Part shown: positions 1-9,122 of the stretch, one piece after another
Layout: each line of letters starts with the position of its first letter
Numbering within the stretch: the first letter of the stretch is position 1
Virus record (IMG/VR): IMGVR_UViG_3300028024_000022
Coordinates: 1-32,269 of that record
Strand: one strand, 5' to 3'
Length of the DNA stretch: 32,269 nt
From: a virus
Lineage: Duplodnaviria; Caudoviricetes
Translations under genes and position numbers: made by a program
The notes under the pieces: model-generated
What the model saw: the letters and a program-made list of their open reading frames with translations, nothing else
Told to the model about the DNA's origin: nothing
Database searches by the model: none

Positions 1-2
1 CG

Positions 3-190
3 GGCGACTCCGGCGCGGCCACCGCGGGCGACTCCGGCGCGGCCACCGCGGGTTACAAAGGCGCGGCCACCGCGGGTTACAAAGGCGCGGCCACCGCGGG
101 CGACTCCGGCGCGGCCACCGCGGGCGACTCCGGCGCGGCCACCGCGGGCGACTCCGGCGCGGCCACCGCGGGCGACTCCGGCGCGGCCAC
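3..190 (+). repeat. 24-bp coding tandem repeat, 7 complete units plus 1 nearly complete
   Basis: Units start at 3, 27, 51, 75, 99, 123, 147 and 171. Six are ggcgactccggcgcggccaccgcg (the last truncated); two (51, 75) are ggttacaaaggcgcggccaccgcg. Confidence 0.95.
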
Positions 191-413
191 ATCCCGCGGA
201 TCTGTGAGCGTTGGCGCAAACGGCTCAGGGCTCGTTCGCGGCAACGGGATCAAGGCCAGGGGTGGCCTCGGCGCCATCCTGGTGATCTGCGTCGAGATGG
301 AAGACAGTTATGATATCGCGGATTGGCGTGCGGTTAGGGTGGACGGCAAAACCATCAAGGCCGATACCTGGTATACGCTCAAGGATGGGCAGCTTATCGA
401 AACGGAGGAGTAG
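3..413 (+). CDS. 5'-truncated phage protein with octapeptide (GDSGAATA/GYKGAATA) repeats, probable beta-solenoid
   Basis: The frame is open from position 3 to the stop at 413, in frame with track ORF 204..413. The repeats are followed by the C-terminal motif VDGKTIKADTWYTLKDG, typical of this phage repeat-protein family. Confidence 0.8.
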   Translation, partial: GDSGAATAGDSGAATAGYKGAATAGYKGAATAGDSGAATAGDSGAATAGDSGAATAGDSGAATSRGSVSVGANGSGLVRGNGIKARGGLGAILVICVEMEDSYDIADWRAVRVDGKTIKADTWYTLKDGQLIETEE

Positions 414-416
414 CCT

Positions 417-761
417 ATGCGCACCATCATCATGGAGCCCGGCCAGAAATGGCCGCGCATCGTCGCCCTGGAGGACGTCAGCAGCGTCCGGGTAGCCGTC
501 GGCGGCTATCTCGACGCCCGGCAATACCGCTGGCGGGGCCGCGATCTGATGATCGTCACCCGCTGCGACGCGGAGGCCTCGGGAGCGGCGCCCAATCGCA
601 TCGTCGACGGGCATCTGCTGTACGGCACGATCGTCGTCGCCGGCGACGGGCTGACCAATCTGCCGCTGGCGGTCGCCAAGGACCTGCAGAGCGATTGCGA
701 GTGGCCGATGGTGCAACTGGAGACTTATCAGCCGGAGGCCTGCGGTGACCAATCGCTATGA
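417..761 (+). CDS. hypothetical phage protein, DUF3846-like
   Basis: GGAGGAG RBS. The pattern EPG..P / VGGY / PNR...LYGTIVVAG resembles DUF3846. Confidence 0.6.
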   Translation: MRTIIMEPGQKWPRIVALEDVSSVRVAVGGYLDARQYRWRGRDLMIVTRCDAEASGAAPNRIVDGHLLYGTIVVAGDGLTNLPLAVAKDLQSDCEWPMVQLETYQPEACGDQSL

Positions 762-1158
762 ACTGCTGCCCGGCGGGTACGCCGTGATCTATCTGGCCGG
801 CGGCGGCCGGGAGCGGGCAACGCTGATCGACGCCGCCGACCTGCCCCGGGTGGCCGCGGTGCCCGGCACCTGGTACGCCCAAAAGCGCGCGTGGACATAT
901 TACGCCGCGATCACGATCTACACGACGCGCAAGGACCGCCGCACTGTCCGGCTGCACCGGTTGCTGATGGAGCCGCCCGAGGATATGGAGGTGGACCATA
1001 TCAACCATGATGGGCTGGACAATCGCTGCAGCGTAAATTTACGCCTTTGCACGCCCGAGGACAACCGCGACAATATGCGCGCCTGGGGCCGCGGCGGGGA
1101 TATCATTGAGCGCTGGTATGAGGCGGGATGCGCGGCGATCGGAGAGTTGCCGTTTTAG
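745..1158 (+). CDS. HNH endonuclease (HNH_3-like)
   Basis: LHRLLM..EVDHINHDGLDNR..NLR motif; GGAGG precedes the GTG start. Confidence 0.85.
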   Translation: MTNRYELLPGGYAVIYLAGGGRERATLIDAADLPRVAAVPGTWYAQKRAWTYYAAITIYTTRKDRRTVRLHRLLMEPPEDMEVDHINHDGLDNRCSVNLRLCTPEDNRDNMRAWGRGGDIIERWYEAGCAAIGELPF

Positions 1159-1166
1159 GAGGAGCC

Positions 1167-2813
1167 ATGGAGGCAAGCACAGTATCTCTTTACGCGGCGC
1201 CCAAATACCGCGAGGCGATCAAGGGCATCCCGGGCGCGCGCTGGGACCCGATGCAGCGATGCTGGCGCATACCCTGCACCGCGACGGCGGCAGACGCACT
1301 GCGCCGCGTTCCCGGCGTGCCGCTGCCGGAGGAACTGGCCCGGCTCGCGCCGGTCGAGATGCAAGACGCGGACCTCGCCGGCGCAGCGCCGCTGCGACCC
1401 ATGCCGATACGCGCAAAGCCCTATGCCCACCAGATCGCCGCATACAATCTCGCGATCACGGAGCCGGCGTCCGCCTTGTTGCACGAGCAAGGATGCGGCA
1501 AGAGTTTGACGGCCATCGCCGCGGTGGGCCGGCGGTATCTCGACGGACAGATCCGCAAATTGTTGATCGTCGCCCCGCTCGCGGTGCTCCCGGTATGGGA
1601 ACGGGAGTTTAGGGACTACAGCACCGTGCCGCACCGCGTAACGCTCCTGCAGGGAGATACGCGCCGCCGGGCGCAGCAGCTCGCAGACCTTGCCCGCGGA
1701 GGCGGAGTGCAGCTGGAGGCAGTAGTCATCAATTACGAAGCGGTGCGGCTGCTGGAGGGCGAGCTGACCGCCTGGGCGCCCGATATGATCATCTGCGACG
1801 AAAGCCAGCGCATCAAGACGCCCACAGCCAAGCAATCCAAGGTTATGCACAAGCTGGGGCAGCGCGCCCGGTACCGCATGATACTCACCGGCACTCCGGT
1901 CAGCAATACCCCGCTCGACTTTTGGAGCCAATACCAGTTTCTCAAGCCCGGGCTTTTCGAGCGCAGCTACTATGCGTTTCGCAACCACTACGCCGTCATG
2001 GGCGGGTACGGCGGATATGAGATCGTCAAGTATAAGTGTCTCGACGATCTCACCCAAAAGGCGCACAGCATAGCCCACCGCGTCACCAAGGCGCAGGCGC
2101 TGGATCTGCCGGACCGCATCGACGAGACGCTGTACTGCGAGCTGGAGCCCAGGGCGGCTAAGCTGTACAAGGAGCTGGTGCGCGACCGCGTCGCGGAGAT
2201 CTCCGCGCTCAAGCGCGTTACGGCGCCGCAGGTGGTCACGCAGATGCTGCGCCTCTCTCAGCTCACCGGCGGGTATCTCGCGCCCGACGACGACGTTCTG
2301 ACCAAGGTAAGCGACGCCAAGCGTCTGCTCCTCAAGGAGACGCTGGAGGACCTACTCGAGCGCGGAGAAAAGGCGGTCATTTTCTGCCGGTTCCGGGCCG
2401 AGATCGCCGAGATCTGCGCGCTGGCCGCTGAGTTCGTCGGCGCAGGGGGATACCGCGGGATCTGGGGCGATATCCCGGGAGACAAGCGCGGCGAGGCTGT
2501 CAGCGCGTTTCAGACGGACCCGGGCGTCAGACTCTTTATTGCGCAGATCCAGTGCGCCGGCGCGGGGATCACGCTCCACGCCGCCAGCACGGCGATCTTT
2601 TACTCGCTCGACTACAGCTACAACAACTACGATCAGGCCAAAGCGCGAATACACCGCATCGGGCAGCACCGCCCCTGTACCTATCTGCACCTGGTCGCCA
2701 AGGATACGATCGACGAGGCGGTGCTTAAAACGCTCGCCGAGAAACGCAGCATAGCCGACGCCGTCGTCGACAACTGGAGAACATTTTTTAGCATAAAAGG
2801 AGGGATCAAATAA
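1167..2813 (+). CDS. SNF2-family (DEAD/DEAH-like) helicase
   Basis: Motifs EQGCGKS, ICDESQ, LTGTP and QAKARIHRIGQ. Start moved to ATG 1167 after the AGGAGGAG RBS. Confidence 0.92.
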   Translation: MEASTVSLYAAPKYREAIKGIPGARWDPMQRCWRIPCTATAADALRRVPGVPLPEELARLAPVEMQDADLAGAAPLRPMPIRAKPYAHQIAAYNLAITEPASALLHEQGCGKSLTAIAAVGRRYLDGQIRKLLIVAPLAVLPVWEREFRDYSTVPHRVTLLQGDTRRRAQQLADLARGGGVQLEAVVINYEAVRLLEGELTAWAPDMIICDESQRIKTPTAKQSKVMHKLGQRARYRMILTGTPVSNTPLDFWSQYQFLKPGLFERSYYAFRNHYAVMGGYGGYEIVKYKCLDDLTQKAHSIAHRVTKAQALDLPDRIDETLYCELEPRAAKLYKELVRDRVAEISALKRVTAPQVVTQMLRLSQLTGGYLAPDDDVLTKVSDAKRLLLKETLEDLLERGEKAVIFCRFRAEIAEICALAAEFVGAGGYRGIWGDIPGDKRGEAVSAFQTDPGVRLFIAQIQCAGAGITLHAASTAIFYSLDYSYNNYDQAKARIHRIGQHRPCTYLHLVAKDTIDEAVLKTLAEKRSIADAVVDNWRTFFSIKGGIK

Positions 2814-3229
2814 TGGAGGCACAACCCAATGACCTGCTGGCGATGGGCCGGCGGCTGCTCGATCTCAAGCAGCAGAAGAAGGATTTTGAGGAGACGGCCA
2901 AGGGGCTCGGCGAGCAGATCGACGCGCTATCCGATCGCATGGTCGCCGAAATGGACGAGAGCGGCATGGAGAAATTCTCGGCGTTCGGCAGCACCTTTTA
3001 CGTCAAGGTGACGCTGCATGCCTCCCTGCCCGCAGAAAACCGTGAGAAATTCATCAAGCGCCTGCGGGCCCGCAAACTGGGGTACATCGTCAAGCCGACG
3101 ATCAACTCGCAGACGCTCACGGCCTTTGTCAAAGAGCAGATCGCCGACAGCGGCGGGCAGGCGCCCGCATGGATCACGGAGCTTGTGAGCACCTACTCCA
3201 AGCCAGAGATCGCGACGAGAAAAGCATAA
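2813..3229 (+). CDS. conserved phage replication-module protein (N-terminal coiled coil)
   Basis: TAATG coupling to the helicase, GGAGG RBS, position between helicase and SSB-like gene. Confidence 0.7.
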   Translation: MEAQPNDLLAMGRRLLDLKQQKKDFEETAKGLGEQIDALSDRMVAEMDESGMEKFSAFGSTFYVKVTLHASLPAENREKFIKRLRARKLGYIVKPTINSQTLTAFVKEQIADSGGQAPAWITELVSTYSKPEIATRKA

Positions 3230-3294
3230 AGTTACAATTATACAGCATAAATATACGGCCCGCCGGGCCGTAAAAATCGAAAGGAGCTATAATC

Positions 3295-4053
3295 ATGTCT
3301 AATACGTCAACCGCCATCGCAACCCTCGATCAGTTTCGTTTTCCGTCGATCGGCGTGGATGCTTACGACCCGTCCGAGTATGAGGATATCGCGCCGGAGT
3401 TCCCGCGCGTGAAGATCCCCGCGGGCGGCGCGCTCGCTTTTGAATTGCCGAACCCGGACGATCCCGACGACCCGATCGCAAGCAAAACCATCGAGGGCGT
3501 GATCGTCTATCAGCACAATGCCAATGCCTACTGGGAGGACACCGACGGCAGCGGCTCGCCGCCGGACTGCTCCAGCCAGGACGGGCATACCGGTTACGGA
3601 GCGCCGGGCGGCGCGTGCGCGGCCTGCCCTTACAACCAGTTCGGCAGCGGTGAGGGCGGCCTCGGCAAGGCCTGCAAAAACATGCGCAACATCTACCTCC
3701 TGCGCGACGGAGATATGCTGCCGCTGCTGATCAGCCTGCCGCCCACCAGCCTAAAAGCGTTCCAGGTTTATGCCAATAACATCCGCTTCGCGGGGCGCGC
3801 GCTGTCCGGCGTACGCACGCAGGTCAGCCTCAAAAAGCAGGAGGGCAACGGCAACACCTACTCGGTTGCGGTGTTTCGTATGACGGGTACCCTGGCCCCG
3901 GCGCTCGCCGAGACGGGCAAACAGTACGCCGCGGAGATCCGCAGCAGCATCAAGCAGCTGCGCGCTGATCGCAGCGCCCCCGAGGGCGACTACAACATAC
4001 CAGGTGCGTCAACCACCGGCTCCATGGACCCCGAGACCGGCGAGCTCTACTGA
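3295..4053 (+). CDS. probable phage single-stranded DNA-binding protein
   Basis: AAGGAG RBS; PDCSS.DG, CAACPYNQFGS, KACKN and LPPTS motifs; acidic C-terminal tail DPETGELY. Confidence 0.65.
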   Translation: MSNTSTAIATLDQFRFPSIGVDAYDPSEYEDIAPEFPRVKIPAGGALAFELPNPDDPDDPIASKTIEGVIVYQHNANAYWEDTDGSGSPPDCSSQDGHTGYGAPGGACAACPYNQFGSGEGGLGKACKNMRNIYLLRDGDMLPLLISLPPTSLKAFQVYANNIRFAGRALSGVRTQVSLKKQEGNGNTYSVAVFRMTGTLAPALAETGKQYAAEIRSSIKQLRADRSAPEGDYNIPGASTTGSMDPETGELY

Positions 4054-4126
4054 TCCTCGACAGCTGTATCCAACCGGGCGGCCGCGCGCCGGCCGCCCGG
4101 GAATACGCGAAAAGAGGTGATGGGAT

Positions 4127-6886
4127 TTGAGCAATAACGCGCTGTGCGACGCAGCGCTGTCATATGCGCGCCGGGGGATGTCGGTGCTGCCGCTGCACTC
4201 GATCGTCAACGGTGGGTGCAGCTGCGGCAGGGAGGATTGCCAGCAGCCCGGAAAGCATCCGCGGACAAAAACGGGCCTCAAGGAGGCGACCAAAGATCCC
4301 GGGCAGATCTCCGAGTGGTGGCGCAAGTGGCCCAACGCCAATATAGGCATTGTTACCGGACGCGCGTCAGGACTTATCGCGCTTGATATAGACGTGCGGC
4401 ACGACGGAGAATCGAGCCTTGAGACGCTGGAGGCGGACCTAGGCCCGCTGCCGGAAACATGGGAGCAGCTCACCGGCGGCGGCGGCCGCCACCTGCTTTT
4501 CCTGCGGCCGGACATGGAGAAAGTGCCTAATAAGGTAAACGTAGTGCCCGGCGTGGACATACGCGGCGACGACGGATATATCGTCGCGGAACCATCCAAT
4601 CACATCAGCGGCCATGCCTACGTATGGGAGGCCGCGCATCATCCCGAGGAGATATCGATCGCGGAACTGCCGGAGGAGTGGCTGGATATCGTCGCTCCGG
4701 CGCCGCGGCAGTATGAGCCCGTGGATCTGCCCGCCGAGTTTGGGCAGGGAGAGCGCAACGACATGATGTTTAAGCTGGCCGCCTCCATGCGGGCCCGCGG
4801 GCTTTCGGACGCCGCGCTCATGGCGGCGCTGCGCGAGGAAAACCGCGTGCGCTGCAAGCCGCCGCTGCCCGACCGCGAGGTGGAGACCATCGCGCGCAGC
4901 GCCGCCAAATATCAGCCGGGCGAGATCGGCTTGTCCCGGGCCGACGCGGAGCGCAGCGCCCCGCCGCCCCCGCAGGAGAACGAGACTGACGCGCTTGAGC
5001 GGCTCAAGGCGCTGCTGGGACAGGAAGACTACTACTCCGACGCGGTTGTCGGGCTCGTCGTAGGCCTGGAGCGCGCCAACAGCTCGCTGTATGTAACCGC
5101 CCTCAATGAGGTGCGCGCGGCCGAGGGCTACAAGGCCGCCGACTGGCGCAAGAGCGTCGCCGCATATAAGGCCAGGCAACGGGGATTGACGATCGTCAAG
5201 GGCAAAGCAGAGCATGATACGACACTCGATCGTCAGCTGCCGGATATCCCCGTCAAGGGGCTCGTCATGCCCGGGGACTGGCGCATGTCGCCCACGGGCC
5301 AGATATTTAAGTACGACGACCGCGGCCAGGACGTGACCGTGCTCACCGCCTGTCCGCACCCCGTAATACTGACCGAGCGGCTGCACAATATCGACAGCGG
5401 CACGGAGAAACTGCGCGTCGCGTTCCGCCGCGACGGCGAATGGCGCGACGTGGTGGTCGACGCCGCGACCGCGGCCAACAAAACAAGTATCGTGCAGCTC
5501 GCTAATTTCGGCCTGCAGGTGACGAGCGAGAGCTCCAAGCTTTTGGTCTCTTACCTTGCGGAGTTTGCGACGGCGAACCAGGAGCGGCTGCCGGTGCGGC
5601 GCTCTATCTCCCGCCTCGGCTGGATCGGCGGGGACCAGTTTGCGCCCTACGCCGACGGCATCGCTTACGACGGGGAGCTGGCATACCAGTCTATCTACCG
5701 GGCCGTGCACGCGTCCGGCGAGTATGCCGACTGGCTCAAGCTCGTGCGCCCGCTGCGCGAGCGATCGGTGCTGCTGCGCACCGTGCTCGCCGCGTCGTTT
5801 GGCTCGCCGCTTGTGGCCATGATGGGCTATCAGCCGTTTTTTGTCCATCTGTGGGGCGACAGCGGGACGGGCAAGACCGTCGCGCAGCAAGTCGCGCTCT
5901 CAGCATGGGGCAACCCCGCGCAGCTGATCAAGACGCTCAACACAACGATGGTCGGGCTGGAGCGGCACGCCGGGTTTTTCCACTCGCTCCCGGTCTGCCT
6001 GGACGAGCTGCAAGCCCTGCAGCAGCGCAATGTGCCCATCGAGGCGATCATATACATGCTGTCGCTCGGCAAGGGCAAGGGCCGCGGCACGATGGGCGGT
6101 GGCGTCGAGGCCGAGCGCGAGTGGCACAACATTTTTATCACATCGGGCGAGACGCCGATCGCGCAGGCCAACACGCAGGGCGGCGCGCAAAATCGGGTAC
6201 TTGAGTTTTACATGGACGCCGGCGCCTACTGCGGCGCAGACCCAGCCAATGTAGCCATAAGCATAAGTGATACCTACGGACACGCAGGACGTGCATATAT
6301 AGCCGCGCTTATGGCTCTGCCGGATGCCCGCCAGGAGGTCAAGCGGATGTGGCAGGAGCTGCGCGCGGAGATCCGCGACAGCGACTATACCGACAAGCAT
6401 ATCAACAATGTCGCCATGCTGGCGCTGGGCGACTACTACAGCAGCGTCCTGGTGTTTGGCGAGGACCCCATGCAGGCCCGCGCCGAGGCGCTGGTGCTCG
6501 CGATGGAGCTGTTGGAGCGCCTGGAGAAGGCCGCGGAAATCGATCCGATCCGGCGGGCATGGGATTTTGTATGCGACTGGGTCGAGGGCAACAAGATGCG
6601 GTTTATGCCGGACTACACGGGCAACGCGCCGAGGCTGGGATATCTGCTGATAGGCGAGGGGGATCAGACGGGACTATTATGCGCGATACCCAGCTCCTTG
6701 TCGGACGCGCTGCGCGAAGCCGGGTTCAGCCCGATTAAAAGCTTTCGGGGCTTTGTAGACCATGGGCTGATGCGCACCGCCCACGAGGGAGGCAAGGACC
6801 GCTATACGGTCCGGCGCAAAATAGGCGGCACCAATCCACGCGTGTGCGAGTTTACGTATCCGCTCCCCGATCGGTTCCCACTTTGA
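4127..6886 (+). CDS. bifunctional primase-polymerase (Prim-Pol + PriCT-1) fused to DUF927 / Cch-like helicase
   Basis: N-terminal GKHP, NIGIVTG, LDID, TGGGGRH, DIRGDDGYIV; PriCT GERND...PPL..REV; Walker A GDSGTGKT and Walker B VCLDE. TTG start after GAGGTG. Confidence 0.9.
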   Translation: MSNNALCDAALSYARRGMSVLPLHSIVNGGCSCGREDCQQPGKHPRTKTGLKEATKDPGQISEWWRKWPNANIGIVTGRASGLIALDIDVRHDGESSLETLEADLGPLPETWEQLTGGGGRHLLFLRPDMEKVPNKVNVVPGVDIRGDDGYIVAEPSNHISGHAYVWEAAHHPEEISIAELPEEWLDIVAPAPRQYEPVDLPAEFGQGERNDMMFKLAASMRARGLSDAALMAALREENRVRCKPPLPDREVETIARSAAKYQPGEIGLSRADAERSAPPPPQENETDALERLKALLGQEDYYSDAVVGLVVGLERANSSLYVTALNEVRAAEGYKAADWRKSVAAYKARQRGLTIVKGKAEHDTTLDRQLPDIPVKGLVMPGDWRMSPTGQIFKYDDRGQDVTVLTACPHPVILTERLHNIDSGTEKLRVAFRRDGEWRDVVVDAATAANKTSIVQLANFGLQVTSESSKLLVSYLAEFATANQERLPVRRSISRLGWIGGDQFAPYADGIAYDGELAYQSIYRAVHASGEYADWLKLVRPLRERSVLLRTVLAASFGSPLVAMMGYQPFFVHLWGDSGTGKTVAQQVALSAWGNPAQLIKTLNTTMVGLERHAGFFHSLPVCLDELQALQQRNVPIEAIIYMLSLGKGKGRGTMGGGVEAEREWHNIFITSGETPIAQANTQGGAQNRVLEFYMDAGAYCGADPANVAISISDTYGHAGRAYIAALMALPDARQEVKRMWQELRAEIRDSDYTDKHINNVAMLALGDYYSSVLVFGEDPMQARAEALVLAMELLERLEKAAEIDPIRRAWDFVCDWVEGNKMRFMPDYTGNAPRLGYLLIGEGDQTGLLCAIPSSLSDALREAGFSPIKSFRGFVDHGLMRTAHEGGKDRYTVRRKIGGTNPRVCEFTYPLPDRFPL

Positions 6887-7182
6887 TATGAAAGTGGGAA
6901 CCGAAACGGGCAAAGTGGGAACCGGGTGGGAACCGGTTTTGGCCCCTATTTATCTATATTTTTTATAAATATATATATATAGTTCCCACTGTTCCCACCT
7001 TTTCAGAGGGTACATAACGCGCGAGACTTTTTTGAAATAGAAATAAAAAAAAGATATGTATATAAGGGCATGTTGAAATTGGTGGAAAAGTGGGAAAGTG
7101 GGAACCGGAGCCGTGAAACGCCCATAATATCTAGGTTTTTGATTGAAAAAAGGTTCCCACCGGGTTCCCACTTATCCCACTT
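6871..7182. other. probable phage replication origin (GTGGGAA iterons plus AT-rich tracts)
   Basis: About 10 copies of GTGGGAA(CC) in both orientations flank very AT-rich tracts (~6946-6981, ~7026-7065), directly after the primase-helicase. Confidence 0.75.
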
Positions 7183-7194
7183 TTTAAGGAGGAT

Positions 7195-7683
7195 ATGGCC
7201 ATGACCCCTATCGACCGCAGGAAAAAGCAGTATCAGCTCGAGGCCCTCCGCGCCCGAAAAGCCAAGGCGGACGGCCTCGGCGCCGAGGTGATCGCCAGGA
7301 CGCGCACCACCTACGACGGGATATGCGCGGAGATCAACCTGCTGGAGCGCGAGCTGGCCGAGGACGACGCGGCGCCCGTAAAGCAGCTGACGGCGCTGAT
7401 CATGGAGATGATCCGCCTGCCCTGGCCACAGGGCACGGACTACTTCGCGAAATGCGAGCTGGACCGGCCGCAGCTTCTGCGGACCATGGAGCGGTTCGAG
7501 ATCGCGCTCACCGCGGCTGCGGCGCTCAACAAGCTCGCCGAGTTTAAGGTGCTCCTGCCCAAATACCGCGAGGCATACCTCGCGTTTAACCAATACGTCA
7601 ACGCGCCGCCGGCGCAGAAAACCATATGGGACGAGATCCCCGGAGAGGTGGTGCCGCGCAGTGAGCTGCCCTGGAAAGACTGA
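7195..7683 (+). CDS. hypothetical protein
   Basis: AAGGAGG RBS (start 7195 or 7201); alpha-helical-looking ORF in the + operon. Confidence 0.7.
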   Translation: MAMTPIDRRKKQYQLEALRARKAKADGLGAEVIARTRTTYDGICAEINLLERELAEDDAAPVKQLTALIMEMIRLPWPQGTDYFAKCELDRPQLLRTMERFEIALTAAAALNKLAEFKVLLPKYREAYLAFNQYVNAPPAQKTIWDEIPGEVVPRSELPWKD

Positions 7684-7978
7684 CGCCCCGCTGGAGCGGG
7701 ATATACAGGCGGAGATTCTTAGATGGCTGCGCAAGCGGCCGGGGAGCTTTACGGTCAAACTGGCCGCCGGGCCGTACTCCATGCCGGGACTGCCGGATGT
7801 GCTCCACATCGAGAGCGGGCATGCTTACTTTTTCGAGGTCAAGCGTCCGGGCGGCAAGGCGACGCCGCTGCAGCTATCGGTGATGGGCAAACTGACGCGG
7901 GCCGGCGCGGTGACAAGCGTGGTCCGCAGCCTCGAGGATGTGCAGACCGTCATACAGACGTTATGCGACGCTGTATAA
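7661..7978 (+). CDS. VRR-NUC domain nuclease (probable Holliday junction resolvase)
   Basis: ERDIQ..I..WL, PGLPD, FFEVKRPGGK..PLQ PD-(D/E)xK motif. Confidence 0.88.
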   Translation: MSCPGKTDAPLERDIQAEILRWLRKRPGSFTVKLAAGPYSMPGLPDVLHIESGHAYFFEVKRPGGKATPLQLSVMGKLTRAGAVTSVVRSLEDVQTVIQTLCDAV

Positions 7979-8020
7979 AACTGTATTTTCGCGCATGGCG
8001 CGGGGGGAAGGGAATGGACC

Positions 8021-8452
8021 ATGAAATTTTACATCGCGTCCCGGCTGGAGAACGCCGAGGTGGTCAAGCGCGTAGCGGCGGTGCTGACAGCTGCCGGCCA
8101 TACGCAGACATACGACTGGACCGAGCACGGCAGCGTCAAGGGCGATGGCGAGGTGCGGTTACGTCAAGTGGCCGAGGCCGAAAAGCAGGGCGTCAAGGAC
8201 GCCGACCTGGTGATCGTGATCCTGCCGGGTGGTCGGGGGACGCATGCCGAGCTGGGCATGGCCGCGGCCGCGGGAAAGGAGATCATTATCTGCGCGGAAA
8301 ATGACGAGGCATTCCAGGCAGATGATCGGACGTGTGCCTTTTACTGGCTGTATCAAGTGCGGCAGGTCGTTGGCCCCATGGACGCCTGGCTGGCCGCGAT
8401 CCTGGGCGAATCGCATTGGTTCCCGCGGGTAAAGGAGGCCACCCATGACTGA
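8021..8452 (+). CDS. nucleoside 2-deoxyribosyltransferase-like protein
   Basis: [26 protein letters not shown] motifs. Confidence 0.75.
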   Translation: MKFYIASRLENAEVVKRVAAVLTAAGHTQTYDWTEHGSVKGDGEVRLRQVAEAEKQGVKDADLVIVILPGGRGTHAELGMAAAAGKEIIICAENDEAFQADDRTCAFYWLYQVRQVVGPMDAWLAAILGESHWFPRVKEATHD

Positions 8453-9122
8453 CCAGGAGCGCATACAGGAGATCAGGACGCGTGAGCCGATGGAGCACGA
8501 ATTAAAATGCTGGCCGGATTACTACGATGCCGTGGAATGCGGCGATAAGCCGTTTGAAATCCGAAAGTGGGATAGGCCGTATAGGGTTGGCGATACTTTG
8601 TTACTCCGGCGTTGGGACCCTTCCAAGCTGGACTATACCGGACAACAAATGCGCCGCAAGATTACATATGTCCTCGACCTTACTTATCTTCCGGGTGATG
8701 ATGTGCCGCATTTTGCACGATATGCTGCGCTTGGGCTGGACGATCCACGGCTCGCCGCCTCCCAGCGCAGGGAGCAGGCGGCGGTGGAGGATATGCAATA
8801 TATCCATTGTGCTGGACGATATGGTTGTAAGGTATGCCTCAATAACGATGTGTGCAAAAGGCAGGATAGCCATATAGGCAAATGCCATGATTTTGACTGG
8901 CGCGGCCCACAGGAGGTCGGGAATCAGAAGGGAGAAAAACTTATGAAAATCGAATGCAGAAATTGTGATTTTGAAGCGGGTTGCGATAATGCGCACAAAG
9001 TCACCGATTCAGACCTTTTAAACGGAGGCTGTGGAAGTGTTGGCGGTGTTGATGGATTTTGGTTCGCTGCCAAACGGGAGAATGCCGATGCACAGGAGGC
9101 CGGGAAAGGAGAGGCGGAATGA
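8445..9122 (+). CDS. DUF3850/ASCH-domain protein fused to Cys-rich modules
   Basis: [37 protein letters not shown] is the DUF3850 signature; the C-terminal half has CxxC motifs. Confidence 0.75.
   Translation: MTDQERIQEIRTREPMEHELKCWPDYYDAVECGDKPFEIRKWDRPYRVGDTLLLRRWDPSKLDYTGQQMRRKITYVLDLTYLPGDDVPHFARYAALGLDDPRLAASQRREQAAVEDMQYIHCAGRYGCKVCLNNDVCKRQDSHIGKCHDFDWRGPQEVGNQKGEKLMKIECRNCDFEAGCDNAHKVTDSDLLNGGCGSVGGVDGFWFAAKRENADAQEAGKGEAE

Noticed and set aside
3-190. Tandem repeats as a CRISPR array partnering cas8c
   Set aside because: Units are contiguous 24-mers with no unique spacers, and they maintain a reading frame.
3254-4100. GC hairpins at ~3254-3272 and ~4074-4100 as terminators
   Set aside because: They lack a + strand U-tract and sit between co-oriented genes, so no role can be supported.
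4439-5890. Long antisense ORFs (4439..5890, 16285..17844, 1155..2078 and similar)
   Set aside because: They are shadows of GC-rich sense genes with clear motifs, and have no recognisable domains.
6887-7190. Iteron region as a CRISPR array or IS end
   Set aside because: Repeats are short, in both orientations and irregularly spaced, and no transposase is present.
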